A program made the position numbers and the translations under genes. Below, piece by piece: positions 19,767-29,758 of a stretch of DNA of 64,000 nucleotides. The DNA is taken from the IMG/VR virus record IMGVR_UViG_3300028735_000003, positions 248,001 to 312,000 of that record, one strand, 5' to 3'. The notes under the pieces were generated by a model. It searched no databases. It worked only from the letters and a program-made list of their open reading frames with translations, and was not told the origin of the DNA. Every line of letters begins with the position of its first letter. Positions within the stretch are counted from its first letter, which is position 1.

Positions 19767-19846
19767 TTATTCATAGTCTCTTGGCACATTCTCAGTAATA
19801 CCAGAACTATATCCGAGGATCGATTTTATCATATTTTTTCTAATAT
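19767..19846 (-). pseudogene. Decayed duplicate of the 3' end of the 19974-20489 gene
   Basis: Reads KSILGYSSGITENVPRDYE* versus KTILGITTQSCEKIPEGYE*, preceded by a frameshifted LEK-YD. Confidence 0.55.
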
Positions 19847-19973
19847 GAAAATTGCAAACGTTTATCTCTTGTGAATTTTTGTTATACTAAGTTTCCTTAT
19901 GTTTATATTTTATTTATAAAATAAGACATATTCGAAAATAATTCAATACAAACTTTTTTAACATAACCATCAA

Positions 19974-20489
19974 TCATTCATACCCTTCAGGGATTTTTTC
20001 ACAAGATTGAGTAGTAATTCCCAAAATAGTCTTTCTAATTCCAGAGGCTATATCCTTATAGTGATGATGCGACTTAATTAACACATCATATTTCTTCTCT
20101 AAAACAACTTTACTAGCTTTAGCCTTTGCCAATCTAATTTGTAACTCTTCGACTTCTGGCGCAGATTCAGAATACCATTTTTTCATATCAGATGTTGTTC
20201 TACTTCCATCTGGCGCTGTATAATTTAAAGCTGCCCTATTTTTCGCACTATTTATTTTAGCTTCCAAATAAGAAACCGTCTTAACTATCTTACAAAGATA
20301 CTCACTCAATATATCGGCTCCCCTTAATGCTTTTTGTTGAAGCATTTCGGCATGTGCCAAATCATGCGCAGTATTTTCGGCTAAAACATCTAACACATCT
20401 TGAATTTCTGTTAAATCGAAATCTAAAAAATTCTCTTCTAAATTATCGCCCAAAAAATCATTAAGCACAACCCTTGCAGTCATAATCAA
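19974..20489 (-). CDS. Coiled-coil protein, candidate UvsY-like mediator
   Basis: All-helical 171 aa protein directly upstream of recA; the function is inferred from context only. Confidence 0.5.
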   Translation of the reverse strand: MIMTARVVLNDFLGDNLEENFLDFDLTEIQDVLDVLAENTAHDLAHAEMLQQKALRGADILSEYLCKIVKTVSYLEAKINSAKNRAALNYTAPDGSRTTSDMKKWYSESAPEVEELQIRLAKAKASKVVLEKKYDVLIKSHHHYKDIASGIRKTILGITTQSCEKIPEGYE

Positions 20490-20537
20490 CTTCCTTCATA
20501 ACATAGGATTTACGAAATTATCTCTCGACAAACTAAA

Positions 20538-20846
20538 TTATTTGTCTTTTAACTTGTCGCGAACCTCTGCACACAAAGAATCTACTTTTTTGTGCATAAT
20601 TCTTAAATGCTGGTGCTGCATAACGCTCATAAGAAACAAAAACACTTCGAAACTTGTTTGTCGTCTTGAAGGCGGTTTTAGAAAGATTATTATACCATTA
20701 TCATCTGTCTCAAACAGATCTATAAACAGATCTTCTCCTTTGTTGGTTAGACTCGTATATGATGCAACAATCTTTTGATACATTTGATCTTCATCATACG
20801 TAAGATCAACTCGTTTATTATCAATTACTCTAAGTGGCATGCACAA
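20538..20846 (-). CDS. Hypothetical protein
   Basis: 102 aa ORF. Confidence 0.6.
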   Translation of the reverse strand: MCMPLRVIDNKRVDLTYDEDQMYQKIVASYTSLTNKGEDLFIDLFETDDNGIIIFLKPPSRRQTSFEVFLFLMSVMQHQHLRIMHKKVDSLCAEVRDKLKDK

Positions 20847-20855
20847 ATCCTACTT

Positions 20856-21683
20856 TCATCCGGACCTAGAAAACCCACCCTTCCCCCTACTTTCTCCCGA
20901 CTCGAAGTTTCTACGAGAGTTATATATCCTATCTTGCATTTTCTTCAATTTCAATAAATCAGCCGCATTTGAGGAAGAATTGCTCTTGCTAATTCCACGG
21001 TTAGCCATGGCTAGAACAACAGGAGGTATTTCATCATCCTCAGACACCGGCAAAGACGAAGTTATATTTGCATCTTCCTCAGAAATAAGTGCTTGCATCT
21101 CAGCCACAGCTTCTGGATCAGCATTTTCAATCATTTCAGCAGAAATAAATCCATTGCTATCGGAAGTTATTGCCGTAACCCCAGCCCTCTTAATTTGGTC
21201 CGCCATTTTTTTAAGACGTTGAGTCTTTTCTGCTGCTGACTTAAATCCATCGATGTTTGGCTTGACTGCTTCTGCTCTCTGAAAAAATGAGGATGTTTTC
21301 TCATCCGTTTGAATCTTTTCAGCCACAATTTCCTCTTCCTCACCGCTTTCATTCTTAACCTTTACAGTGAATTTTGCATTATCAATAACTTCTTTTTGTT
21401 GATTATTTTTGCTAGTTTCTTTAGCAAACTTATCGATCAACCCACCCTGCAAATAAGTCGGTAAATCAGGTGAGTCAGTTTTAATATAATTATAATTTGA
21501 TAATAGCCAATCATTTAGTTGTTCTGGATAACTCAATAAAGCATCTATAGTTTCTCGCAAATCAGATAACAAATCCCTTAATTTCTCTTCCATAATACTA
21601 TTGCCACAGAAGGGGCAGACATTACTATCTATTGCATGCTTCCACTTTGGATTGATTTCTGATTCGCATGACATACATTTCAT
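20856..21683 (-). CDS. Hypothetical protein with N-terminal zinc ribbon
   Basis: CMSC...CPFC. Confidence 0.7.
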   Translation of the reverse strand: MKCMSCESEINPKWKHAIDSNVCPFCGNSIMEEKLRDLLSDLRETIDALLSYPEQLNDWLLSNYNYIKTDSPDLPTYLQGGLIDKFAKETSKNNQQKEVIDNAKFTVKVKNESGEEEEIVAEKIQTDEKTSSFFQRAEAVKPNIDGFKSAAEKTQRLKKMADQIKRAGVTAITSDSNGFISAEMIENADPEAVAEMQALISEEDANITSSLPVSEDDEIPPVVLAMANRGISKSNSSSNAADLLKLKKMQDRIYNSRRNFESGESRGKGGFSRSG

Positions 21684-21995
21684 ATTTACAACCTTTATTA
21701 TAAACTATATCAAGATTATTTATATCAGCAGATAATTACAATTATGATACTTTGCAAAAAGAGCCCGACTTAGAAACTTTATTTAATGTTTATTACGGAT
21801 TCGACATTATATCTAAATTTAAAACTTTAGATATGATAAACACTCTAATTTATAAATGAAACCATCGACCTCTATTAAACTATATTATTGCTAAATAACA
21901 CAACCTTTTTCAAAATATGTTAAAACGCATCACTATTTGATGTGTCTGACATATTTTGTATAGTTTGCTACGATAATTCTTCATCTTCTATATCA

Positions 21996-23240
21996 TCAAT
22001 TCTCTGGATCTTCATCCAAATCTATAAGACCCTGATCATACAGGTGATCCTCAAGTATCTCCATTAAATTGTCAATCTTATCTGGGCTTCTATCTACATT
22101 TTCTGTTTTAACTTTAGATTCCTTTAGATTTACTTTCTTTGCTTTCAAGTCAGCAGGAAGAGATGGTATCATCGAAATATTAAACAAATTATCTAAAATC
22201 ACGCCAACATTGTCATCATAATCGTTTGTACTGCCAGAAAAATGCAACGCCAACCCCACATCGAACACAGCTCTACTATGTATTTGTTTCAATCTTTCTT
22301 GTACCATTTGCCATCTGTCAGGGAATATAGTACAAGAACACTGATCTCCGTGCATATCTTCTATCACAGCCTTAATCATTGATTGACCATAGTATCTGCT
22401 TGTCTCTTTCTTTACTTTAAACTCGAAAAAATCTTTAACAATTGCAATCATTGATTGGATCGAGGTTTTATTCTTAGATTTTCTAATCTCTTTAATAGCT
22501 GTATGCTCTTTATCGAAGAATTTTCCATGTGCTTGATATGGCTTGCACACAAAAGATTCACCAAGATAGAACTGTTCTAAAGCATATAATTCAGATACTC
22601 CCCATTCAGCATCGTTTGGCCAAGGATATATAAATTCTTCTTTTGTCGGATCATGCTTCTTACACCATACTTGTAATTTCTTTCTATAATCAGAACAATA
22701 CAGATAAATCAATTTTCTTGGAATTTTGAATTCATCTAAACAGCCACTTGCTGCCAAAGCTTGAATATTGTTGGCACGTACCTTCTTAGAATCTACTCTG
22801 ACCATAAAATCAAAAAAATTCTTAAATGGTCTCTTTGCAATTATCTCTTTTATTGCATCTTCTCCAACAAATTTCAAAGCATCTAAACCAGTGATTAACT
22901 TATTATCATCGCCTATCGTATAAGTAAGTTGTGATGTATTAATATTTGGTGCTACTATTTTTACATTATGATCTCTGATTTCTTTCTTAATCTTTTCTAT
23001 ATTACTCTTGGCATCTTGGGCGTTTGAATTAACTTCAAACATTAGATTTGCCAATAAAAATTCTATCGGATAATGCGCTTTTAGATAAGCAGTCTGATAC
23101 CCAACCATGGAATATAATGTGGCGTGAGAATTAGATGTTAATACTCCATTTGATAAATAAAATTGATGATCTAAATGATCCACTTCTAAATCATAAGTCT
23201 GAAGATCTCCAATATATTTAACAGATTTTATATTCCCCAT
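21996..23240 (-). CDS. dnaE: DNA polymerase III alpha, C-terminal part, preceded by split-intein C fragment
   Basis: After IntC reads SHATLYSMVGYQTAYLKAHYPIEF, then LITGLDALKFVG (HhH) and an OB-fold region. GGAGA RBS before ATG 23240. Confidence 0.93.
   Translation of the reverse strand: MGNIKSVKYIGDLQTYDLEVDHLDHQFYLSNGVLTSNSHATLYSMVGYQTAYLKAHYPIEFLLANLMFEVNSNAQDAKSNIEKIKKEIRDHNVKIVAPNINTSQLTYTIGDDNKLITGLDALKFVGEDAIKEIIAKRPFKNFFDFMVRVDSKKVRANNIQALAASGCLDEFKIPRKLIYLYCSDYRKKLQVWCKKHDPTKEEFIYPWPNDAEWGVSELYALEQFYLGESFVCKPYQAHGKFFDKEHTAIKEIRKSKNKTSIQSMIAIVKDFFEFKVKKETSRYYGQSMIKAVIEDMHGDQCSCTIFPDRWQMVQERLKQIHSRAVFDVGLALHFSGSTNDYDDNVGVILDNLFNISMIPSLPADLKAKKVNLKESKVKTENVDRSPDKIDNLMEILEDHLYDQGLIDLDEDPEN
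23130..23240 (-). other. Split intein C fragment (37 aa)
   Basis: MGNIKSVKYIGDLQTYDLEVDHLDHQFYLSNGVLTSN|S; blocks F and G, terminal Asn, Ser+1. Confidence 0.92.
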
Positions 23241-23351
23241 ATGCTTCTCCAATTTTATATTCCTGGTATTTTTTATCTAAAATATCTAACAACTTATTTA
23301 AATATTATTTCTAAATTATCAGTTTAATATGATCAATTATAATATCTAATT

Positions 23352-26057
23352 TTATCGATTTAAATGTTCCACAGCATCAACAATAATGGTTAATTTTTCA
23401 TTTATTATCTTCCACAATGGAAGCATCTCCCCACTTTCCTCTACACGAAATTTATGGTTAATTGTACATTTAACTTTTTCTCCAGTTACTAACTCTATTT
23501 CAACTAACGGCAATATTCCATGATCATATTTATTTGTTACTTCAACAAAAATATCTTTTTTAGTCTTTTCATCTCTAGATCTAATATACTCTCCAGGGAC
23601 AACATCACATATCATCTTTTGGTATAAAAATTTACCATCTGAAGTATATATGTCAATTTTTTCTAAAGCTGACAAACATAAATTGAAACCATATCCACCA
23701 AATTTTTCTATAGTTTCATCCCAAATTCTTTTGGCTATTTCTTCATTAATACCATTCTTAATAGCACCTTCAATAAATTCTATTCTCCACTTCTTCGCCT
23801 TTTCAGGATCCTTGCCCTTCGCTTTTGTAAGCTTTCTAAGACGATCAGCTTCATGCAATGACCATCCAGCAACATCTTGTGCCAAATACATTAAGCACTC
23901 TTCATATAAACCAAAACCATATGTATTACCGAATCCTCTCTTAAGGGCTGGATGTAATAATGTGATTGGTTTTTTACCATCTCTAGTTAGAATGAAATCG
24001 TCTCTCATATCTCGTGCCGATGGTCTAGCCAATGCGTTAATATTTGATATATCATTGATATTACATGGCTTAATTCTCCTACACAGATCTGTGGTGCCTC
24101 CACTAGTTCCTAGTTGGAATACGCGCAACGTATCTCCAGATGATATTAAATCATAGGTTTCTTTGTCATATTCATCATAATTTAACGGATCTGGCGGGGG
24201 TTGTTTTCCAGCCTGTATAATAAGTTCGGTTGTCTTGCTAATAATATCTAGAGTAGATAGACCTAACATATCCATCTTTACAAGACCATTATCCTCAGCC
24301 TTTTCTTTATCGTACTCAATGGCTAAGGCTCCATCTTTATCTTTTCTAAGAGGGACCAATCCAGTTAGGGGTCTTTGAGATATAATAATGCCACCAGCGT
24401 GAGTAGACCATGCACGATACTTACCACAAATATCCTTATACTTTAAGAATTCAGGATATTTCTTGCAATATTCTGCAAATAAAGGTACCTTTACTAGAGC
24501 ATCATCAATACTGTGAATATCAGCAGGTATACAATCTGCAACATCATTTCCGATCTTTATGGCTGCCTCTCTTGACCCGCCAAGCTCGCATGCTCTGGCA
24601 ATATCCCTAACAAATACTTTCGGAGTAATTGTATTAACATTAGATACATGCGCGACATGGTCTTCACCATATTTTAGCTTAAGGTATTCTTGTACCCTTG
24701 CCCTGCCAGACGGAGCGAAATCTGTGTCAATATCAGGAAAGCTAGACTTTTCCTTATTATGGAATCTTGCAAAAATCAAATTATATTTTATTGGATCTGC
24801 TTGGTGAATATTTAGCAAATAGGCGACCAATGAGCCACCCACAGATCCACGACCTGCTCCTACAGCAACCCCATTATTTCTTGACCAATTTATATAGTCT
24901 GCTACGATTAGCATATAGCTAGAAAACCCATGAAATTCTAATACATCGAGTTCTTCGGCTATACGGTCTTTATATTCTTGTATTTTATCTTCATCTATAT
25001 CTTTAAGTCTTATGCTAAAATTCTTATCACACTTAAATCTCAAATACCTCTTATCTTCATCTAGACTTTGAACAATATCAGGCTGTGTTGCGCTCCAACT
25101 AATAAACTCAGAATAATCACCCTCATCCTTAACTGGAAATATTGGTAATTCCTTTCCAGACGGATTAGAAAACTTAGGATCTATCCAATTAGGATACTCA
25201 CACATTTGAGAAAAATAAATGCTATTAGAACATAATTCCTCAGCAAGTGCATCTCCATAATTTCTGCTAAAGAAAGACTTTACTTCATCTCCAGATTTAA
25301 GATAAAAATCAGGAACAGTATATCTTAGTCTATAATTAGAATACACTGACTGATGAGATCCTATAGATAATAGCACATCGTGTGTCTCATGATCTTCTTT
25401 ATTCACATAATGTGAATTACAAGCTGCCACAACGCGCACACCATGCTTTTTACCTAACTCTATCATCCTGTGATTTATGAATTTTTGATCAATCTCATCG
25501 TTGAATATATTTGAACCTCGCTTCATATTATTTGGTTGAACTTCTAACCCAAGGTTATCACCAAATAATTCTTTAAGCCTAATTATGGTATTTTCTGCCT
25601 CATCTATCTTACCATTCATTAAAAGCTGGCTTACAATACCATTACCACACGCAGTTAAGCAAATCAAACCATTAGCATATTCATTCAACATATTCCAATC
25701 AATTATGGAATATACCCTCTTTCCAATCAAAGAGTTTTGATCGAAACCTTTTTTATTTAGGGTTAAAAGATTTTTATACCCCTCAGCATTTTTCGCTAAT
25801 AGAATAATGTGCCGTAATCGATCTGATGGTTTAGTAATATCGTCTTGAAAATATAATTCGCATCCTATTATAAGCTTAACTCCTGTTTCTTTTGATATCT
25901 TCAAAGCGTCCCAGGCGCCAGCTAAAGATCCGTGATCAGTAATAGCTATCGCTGTTTGACCTAACTCTTTTGCTTTTTTGAATAATCCCCTTACAGAGGA
26001 CAGTGAATCTAATATAGAAAAATCTGTTTGATTGTGTAATGATACGAAATCAATCAT
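23352..26057 (-). CDS. dnaE: DNA polymerase III alpha, N-terminal part, ending in split-intein N fragment
   Basis: PHP domain (SLHNQTDFS, AITDHG), GRGSVGG, FPDIDTDF, STHAGG, KMDMLGL; ends GGYGFNL|CLS. Start revised to MIDFVSLH. Confidence 0.95.
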   Translation of the reverse strand: MIDFVSLHNQTDFSILDSLSSVRGLFKKAKELGQTAIAITDHGSLAGAWDALKISKETGVKLIIGCELYFQDDITKPSDRLRHIILLAKNAEGYKNLLTLNKKGFDQNSLIGKRVYSIIDWNMLNEYANGLICLTACGNGIVSQLLMNGKIDEAENTIIRLKELFGDNLGLEVQPNNMKRGSNIFNDEIDQKFINHRMIELGKKHGVRVVAACNSHYVNKEDHETHDVLLSIGSHQSVYSNYRLRYTVPDFYLKSGDEVKSFFSRNYGDALAEELCSNSIYFSQMCEYPNWIDPKFSNPSGKELPIFPVKDEGDYSEFISWSATQPDIVQSLDEDKRYLRFKCDKNFSIRLKDIDEDKIQEYKDRIAEELDVLEFHGFSSYMLIVADYINWSRNNGVAVGAGRGSVGGSLVAYLLNIHQADPIKYNLIFARFHNKEKSSFPDIDTDFAPSGRARVQEYLKLKYGEDHVAHVSNVNTITPKVFVRDIARACELGGSREAAIKIGNDVADCIPADIHSIDDALVKVPLFAEYCKKYPEFLKYKDICGKYRAWSTHAGGIIISQRPLTGLVPLRKDKDGALAIEYDKEKAEDNGLVKMDMLGLSTLDIISKTTELIIQAGKQPPPDPLNYDEYDKETYDLISSGDTLRVFQLGTSGGTTDLCRRIKPCNINDISNINALARPSARDMRDDFILTRDGKKPITLLHPALKRGFGNTYGFGLYEECLMYLAQDVAGWSLHEADRLRKLTKAKGKDPEKAKKWRIEFIEGAIKNGINEEIAKRIWDETIEKFGGYGFNLCLSALEKIDIYTSDGKFLYQKMICDVVPGEYIRSRDEKTKKDIFVEVTNKYDHGILPLVEIELVTGEKVKCTINHKFRVEESGEMLPLWKIINEKLTIIVDAVEHLNR
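23355..23678 (-). other. Split intein N fragment (108 aa)
   Basis: CLSALEKIDI...block B VKCTINHKF...EMLPLWKII, then stop. Confidence 0.92.
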
Positions 26058-26182
26058 ATAGCTTCCATTACTTGATAAGTACTTTAACAAATACACATCT
26101 CACTTATTAGAAAGCAATTTTAACCTAATGTATAGGTTACGTGTGTTTTGTCAGGGAATACGGTACATTTATAGTTATATAG

Positions 26183-26863
26183 TTATAATAACTTACGTCT
26201 TATTAAGATAGATCGTAATTCTTTTTCGTCAAGAACTTTGTAATTTTCATAAATATTATCAATTATTTTAAATTGATCTTTCCAAAATTTCTTATCATCA
26301 TTATTGATTAATAGTGATTTAATATCAGAATAATACAGCCGTTTCTTTTGAAATAAACCATGAGCAATAATACTTACTGAATTCCAATTATCTTGTAATT
26401 CTTTCAATGTATTACTTATAAGTTTCTTTTTTAATTTATATCTTTGCTTACCTGGAGTAGCAAGTTTATATTTTTTGATTAATTTAGCAGCATTTTTAGT
26501 ATCATCAGACGATCCATCTTTTAGAAATATTGGTAACGTATCGGAACCAGATATTGTTTTGAAATGGAATTTTTCGGCTGTTAAACCAGCATATATTAAA
26601 CAAATTTCTGATTTGACGATATAAGTTAGCAAATCATTAGATTGCACATCGCTTGCTGTCAAAAAATCGAAATGGGTGAACCCACTTACTTTATTTTTTC
26701 CAAAAGGCATAACTTGTACAGACTCTATCCTAGCCAAATGTAGCAAACCATATATTGTATGACCAGCTTCGTGATAAGACGTAGATATCAAATTATGAAT
26801 AAATGCTACATTATTGTTAGCGACATTTTTGGAAATACTTATAGAGTCTATACAACATACCAT
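26183..26863 (-). CDS. Stand-alone peptidase M41 (FtsH-like) zinc protease domain
   Basis: SYHEAGH (HExxH), YAGLTAE, GSSDD. Confidence 0.75.
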   Translation of the reverse strand: MVCCIDSISISKNVANNNVAFIHNLISTSYHEAGHTIYGLLHLARIESVQVMPFGKNKVSGFTHFDFLTASDVQSNDLLTYIVKSEICLIYAGLTAEKFHFKTISGSDTLPIFLKDGSSDDTKNAAKLIKKYKLATPGKQRYKLKKKLISNTLKELQDNWNSVSIIAHGLFQKKRLYYSDIKSLLINNDDKKFWKDQFKIIDNIYENYKVLDEKELRSILIRRKLL

Positions 26864-26866
26864 ATT

Positions 26867-27145
26867 CTACACAATTTGTTTAAGTTGCTCTTCTAACGTA
26901 TTGAGTTTTTGGTCACAATCTGATCTCTTACATTTAATTTGCAACCTGTTGGAACCAAATGGTCCTGTCACTATAAAGTCCGAATTATCGACATATAGTA
27001 TTCCGGCAGCAGTAAAATGCGCAAGTTCTGTGAAACCAACACTAACCAGAGCGGATAACAAACTGGTATCAATAGGTCTATCTATCTTATAGATAGTCGA
27101 TTTCTTGCCACAACAAGCTTGAACAGTGAACTTCTCAATGTTCAT
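26867..27145 (-). CDS. Hypothetical protein
   Basis: 92 aa ORF, operon-like spacing. Confidence 0.6.
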   Translation of the reverse strand: MNIEKFTVQACCGKKSTIYKIDRPIDTSLLSALVSVGFTELAHFTAAGILYVDNSDFIVTGPFGSNRLQIKCKRSDCDQKLNTLEEQLKQIV

Positions 27146-27146
27146 A

Positions 27147-27467
27147 TTAATCCTTGTTGTCTAGATTGATTCCCTTACCCTCAAGCAAAAACATAGCATA
27201 TTTAACTTTTACAGTCTGCGCTTTAATTGCTTCACGATATGGCGCCGAATATTCTTTCACAAGTTCTTTGGCGCCATTTAGCTTTACATCTGCTTCTTTT
27301 TCCTTCTCGATAGTGTAAATGTTTCCTTCAGATTCTACAACTATCTTTTTGAGATCTTCTGCGCTGGCTGCATCAGCAATCTCTTTGAATTCAGGCATCT
27401 TTTCCAATAATTTTAACCACTTATCTGGAAATGTGGTTGGCATATCATCATCTTTTGTATTACTCAT
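27147..27467 (-). CDS. Hypothetical protein
   Basis: 106 aa ORF; AAGGA RBS. Confidence 0.65.
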   Translation of the reverse strand: MSNTKDDDMPTTFPDKWLKLLEKMPEFKEIADAASAEDLKKIVVESEGNIYTIEKEKEADVKLNGAKELVKEYSAPYREAIKAQTVKVKYAMFLLEGKGINLDNKD

Positions 27468-27478
27468 ATTATCTTCCT

Positions 27479-28726
27479 TTATTCTACAAACTTAACGGTT
27501 TTTACTATGAAATCTAATGTATTTTCATCTCTGATTCTTGAGAATAAGATTTGTAAATATCCTGTTCTATTCATTTCTTGAATAATATCGTCTGGAGTAG
27601 ACTTTGTCTGAGATTGCAAAATATTATGTTTGATTATATCAAACACTTCCTGATCTGATAATTGAGCCTCTGGTTCAACTTCACGAATCCTGTCCAATAT
27701 AAGCGAGAGTTTTACATTATTCTCTGCCATCTCCATAAACTTCCTTCTATCTAAATCCGTTAAATTATCCCACTCCAATTTAGATTGATGCGCCAAGTAT
27801 CTTGCTTCTGATAGAAGCAACCAATTTGGAACTTCAAATTTATGATTTGCTACTAGAAATTTAGATACAACTTCATTAAGTTGCGTTTTAATAGCAATAG
27901 CCATTTTGGCTGCGGCTGATTGCGAAACAAATTCTTTTAGTTCGGCAAAACTGCTTTTACCTACCTTCAATGCCAATTCATCATTTAATGGCATTGGATT
28001 ATTTTTCGCCCCCATATTTAATGTTACTGAGAAATGAATTGTCTTTCCTACCAGAGATGGTAGCCCACCTTCTGGTACAACCAAGTTAAACTCTCTAGTT
28101 TCACCTATAGTCATGCCAAGCAAATTGTCATCAAACGCCGTCAATTGACTATGACCAACTGTAAGCATTTCTCCTTCCGCAGATAGACTATCAACCTTTT
28201 GCCCGTCTATGGAACCAATATAACTGATAATTACATTATCACCCTTCTGAACAAAATCAGTCTCTTCATATGGAAGAGAAGTACCGAATCTAACACGCAA
28301 TTCTTGAAGCATCTTCTCGGCAAGTTCTGCAGAAGTTATTGCTTCATGAGGTTTTGGCAGTTCGAAATCTTTATACGTAGTTAATTCAAAATCTGGCTTT
28401 ACAGCGAGATCAAAATCACACATAAACTTACCATCAGCCATTAACAATGAATTGAATCTTGGCGCTCCATGTGGGCGCAACTTCTTTTCGAATAGAGTAT
28501 TGTGATAAGCATCTTCTGCTAAGCCGCGCTTTAAAGATTCTTCTATTTGGTTTCTATAATACATCTTTATTGCATCTATAGTTGCCCTTCCCTTTCTAAA
28601 ACCTGGAACTGGAGCTTTCCTAAAAGCTTTCAAGACTTCTACCCTCTTATTGAGAATTTCTTCAGCATCAGCTATATAATGAACAGATAACTTACACGGC
28701 TCTATTTCTTTTATTTCAATATCCAT
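27479..28726 (-). CDS. tig: Trigger factor
   Basis: Ribosome-binding signature VPGFRKGR; FKBP-like GDNVIISYIGSIDG...LLGMTIGETREF; helical C domain. Confidence 0.9.
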   Translation of the reverse strand: MDIEIKEIEPCKLSVHYIADAEEILNKRVEVLKAFRKAPVPGFRKGRATIDAIKMYYRNQIEESLKRGLAEDAYHNTLFEKKLRPHGAPRFNSLLMADGKFMCDFDLAVKPDFELTTYKDFELPKPHEAITSAELAEKMLQELRVRFGTSLPYEETDFVQKGDNVIISYIGSIDGQKVDSLSAEGEMLTVGHSQLTAFDDNLLGMTIGETREFNLVVPEGGLPSLVGKTIHFSVTLNMGAKNNPMPLNDELALKVGKSSFAELKEFVSQSAAAKMAIAIKTQLNEVVSKFLVANHKFEVPNWLLLSEARYLAHQSKLEWDNLTDLDRRKFMEMAENNVKLSLILDRIREVEPEAQLSDQEVFDIIKHNILQSQTKSTPDDIIQEMNRTGYLQILFSRIRDENTLDFIVKTVKFVE

Positions 28727-28740
28727 AATTCCTCTTTATA

Positions 28741-29532
28741 TTAATCAGTTAACCAATTAACTTCACCATAAATACTTGTAGGGTCTACCATTTTTCTCCC
28801 TTCAGGGCATATATTTACATGATCACAGAATCTGCACAAATTTGTTGGGTTTGGTTTAAATTCTTTCTCGGCAAGTATTTGATCTGCGTATTGCACATAT
28901 TTGTCAGCTACATTTAATATCTCATTCTTCTGAAATTCAGTAGTAATATACTCAAAATTATGCCTCAATAGAATATATGATGCCCTGACCTTTTCTATAT
29001 TAGGGTCTTCTGTAACTATAACATACGCATATGTTAATAATTGAAAGAAATCGTTCTTTAGATATTTTTTATTTTTTGACGTCTTGTAATCACAGACGTG
29101 TATAATATTATCATCATCAAGCTGTACTCTGTCAATCATGCCATTTAATAAAACTTTTCCTCCGATTAATAATTCGAAATTTTTCTCACACGCCAAAACA
29201 TTTGCAGTTAAATTATTTTTCTTGTCATTAGTTACCAGTCGCAAATATTCATCAATAATATGCCAACATTCTTTTTTCATATCAGGCGTTAATTCAGATC
29301 TGTACAACTCTACAGCATCTTTAAATGCAGTAGACATAGTAATATTATATGGCGCTTGAGATCCATTGATATACACATTGTGGAAATTTTCCAATACTTT
29401 ATGACAAAATTTACCAATCGTATGAAAGTCCCAGGTCTTACGAGGTAATTTATCGATGTATGTATACTTATATTTTGCTTTACAATCTAGATAAGTTTTA
29501 GTTTTCGAGACACTAAGTCTAAATTCATTCAT
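28741..29532 (-). CDS. Cas4/RecB-like PD-(D/E)XK exonuclease
   Basis: SVSKTKTYLDC, GMIDRV, DYKTS, QLLTY, CRFCDHVNIC (four Cys, Fe-S type). Confidence 0.88.
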   Translation of the reverse strand: MNEFRLSVSKTKTYLDCKAKYKYTYIDKLPRKTWDFHTIGKFCHKVLENFHNVYINGSQAPYNITMSTAFKDAVELYRSELTPDMKKECWHIIDEYLRLVTNDKKNNLTANVLACEKNFELLIGGKVLLNGMIDRVQLDDDNIIHVCDYKTSKNKKYLKNDFFQLLTYAYVIVTEDPNIEKVRASYILLRHNFEYITTEFQKNEILNVADKYVQYADQILAEKEFKPNPTNLCRFCDHVNICPEGRKMVDPTSIYGEVNWLTD

Positions 29533-29612
29533 GACGTACTCTGTTAATTCAATCTAAATCCATCTAAATAATTTTGTTTTTGAGTTTAATTTAGCACAGC
29601 TCCAATATCCAT

Positions 29613-29643
29613 GTCAATTACCACCAGCACAAGTCTAGTGGCT
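29613..29643 (-). repeat. IS200/IS605 right-end hairpin, copy C, with tnpB tail relic upstream
   Basis: AGCCACTAGACTTGTGCTGGTGGTAATTGAC, 28/31 identical to copy B. Upstream reads VNQTNV, like VVNQPNA at the end of the TnpB at 37.9 kb. Confidence 0.75.
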
Positions 29644-29758
29644 TATCTCTGTATCTCATAAACATTTGTCTGATTTACCATAATCTTGGTGTTAAATCTA
29701 AAATAACCTCTCTTACTTAATTTACAATCCAATAACTTTAACTTGCAGAATTTCACGA

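Noticed and set aside
28741-29532. CRISPR-Cas system suggested by the Cas4-like gene
   Set aside because: No repeat-spacer array or cas1/cas2 seen; solo Cas4-like nucleases are common in phage replication blocks.
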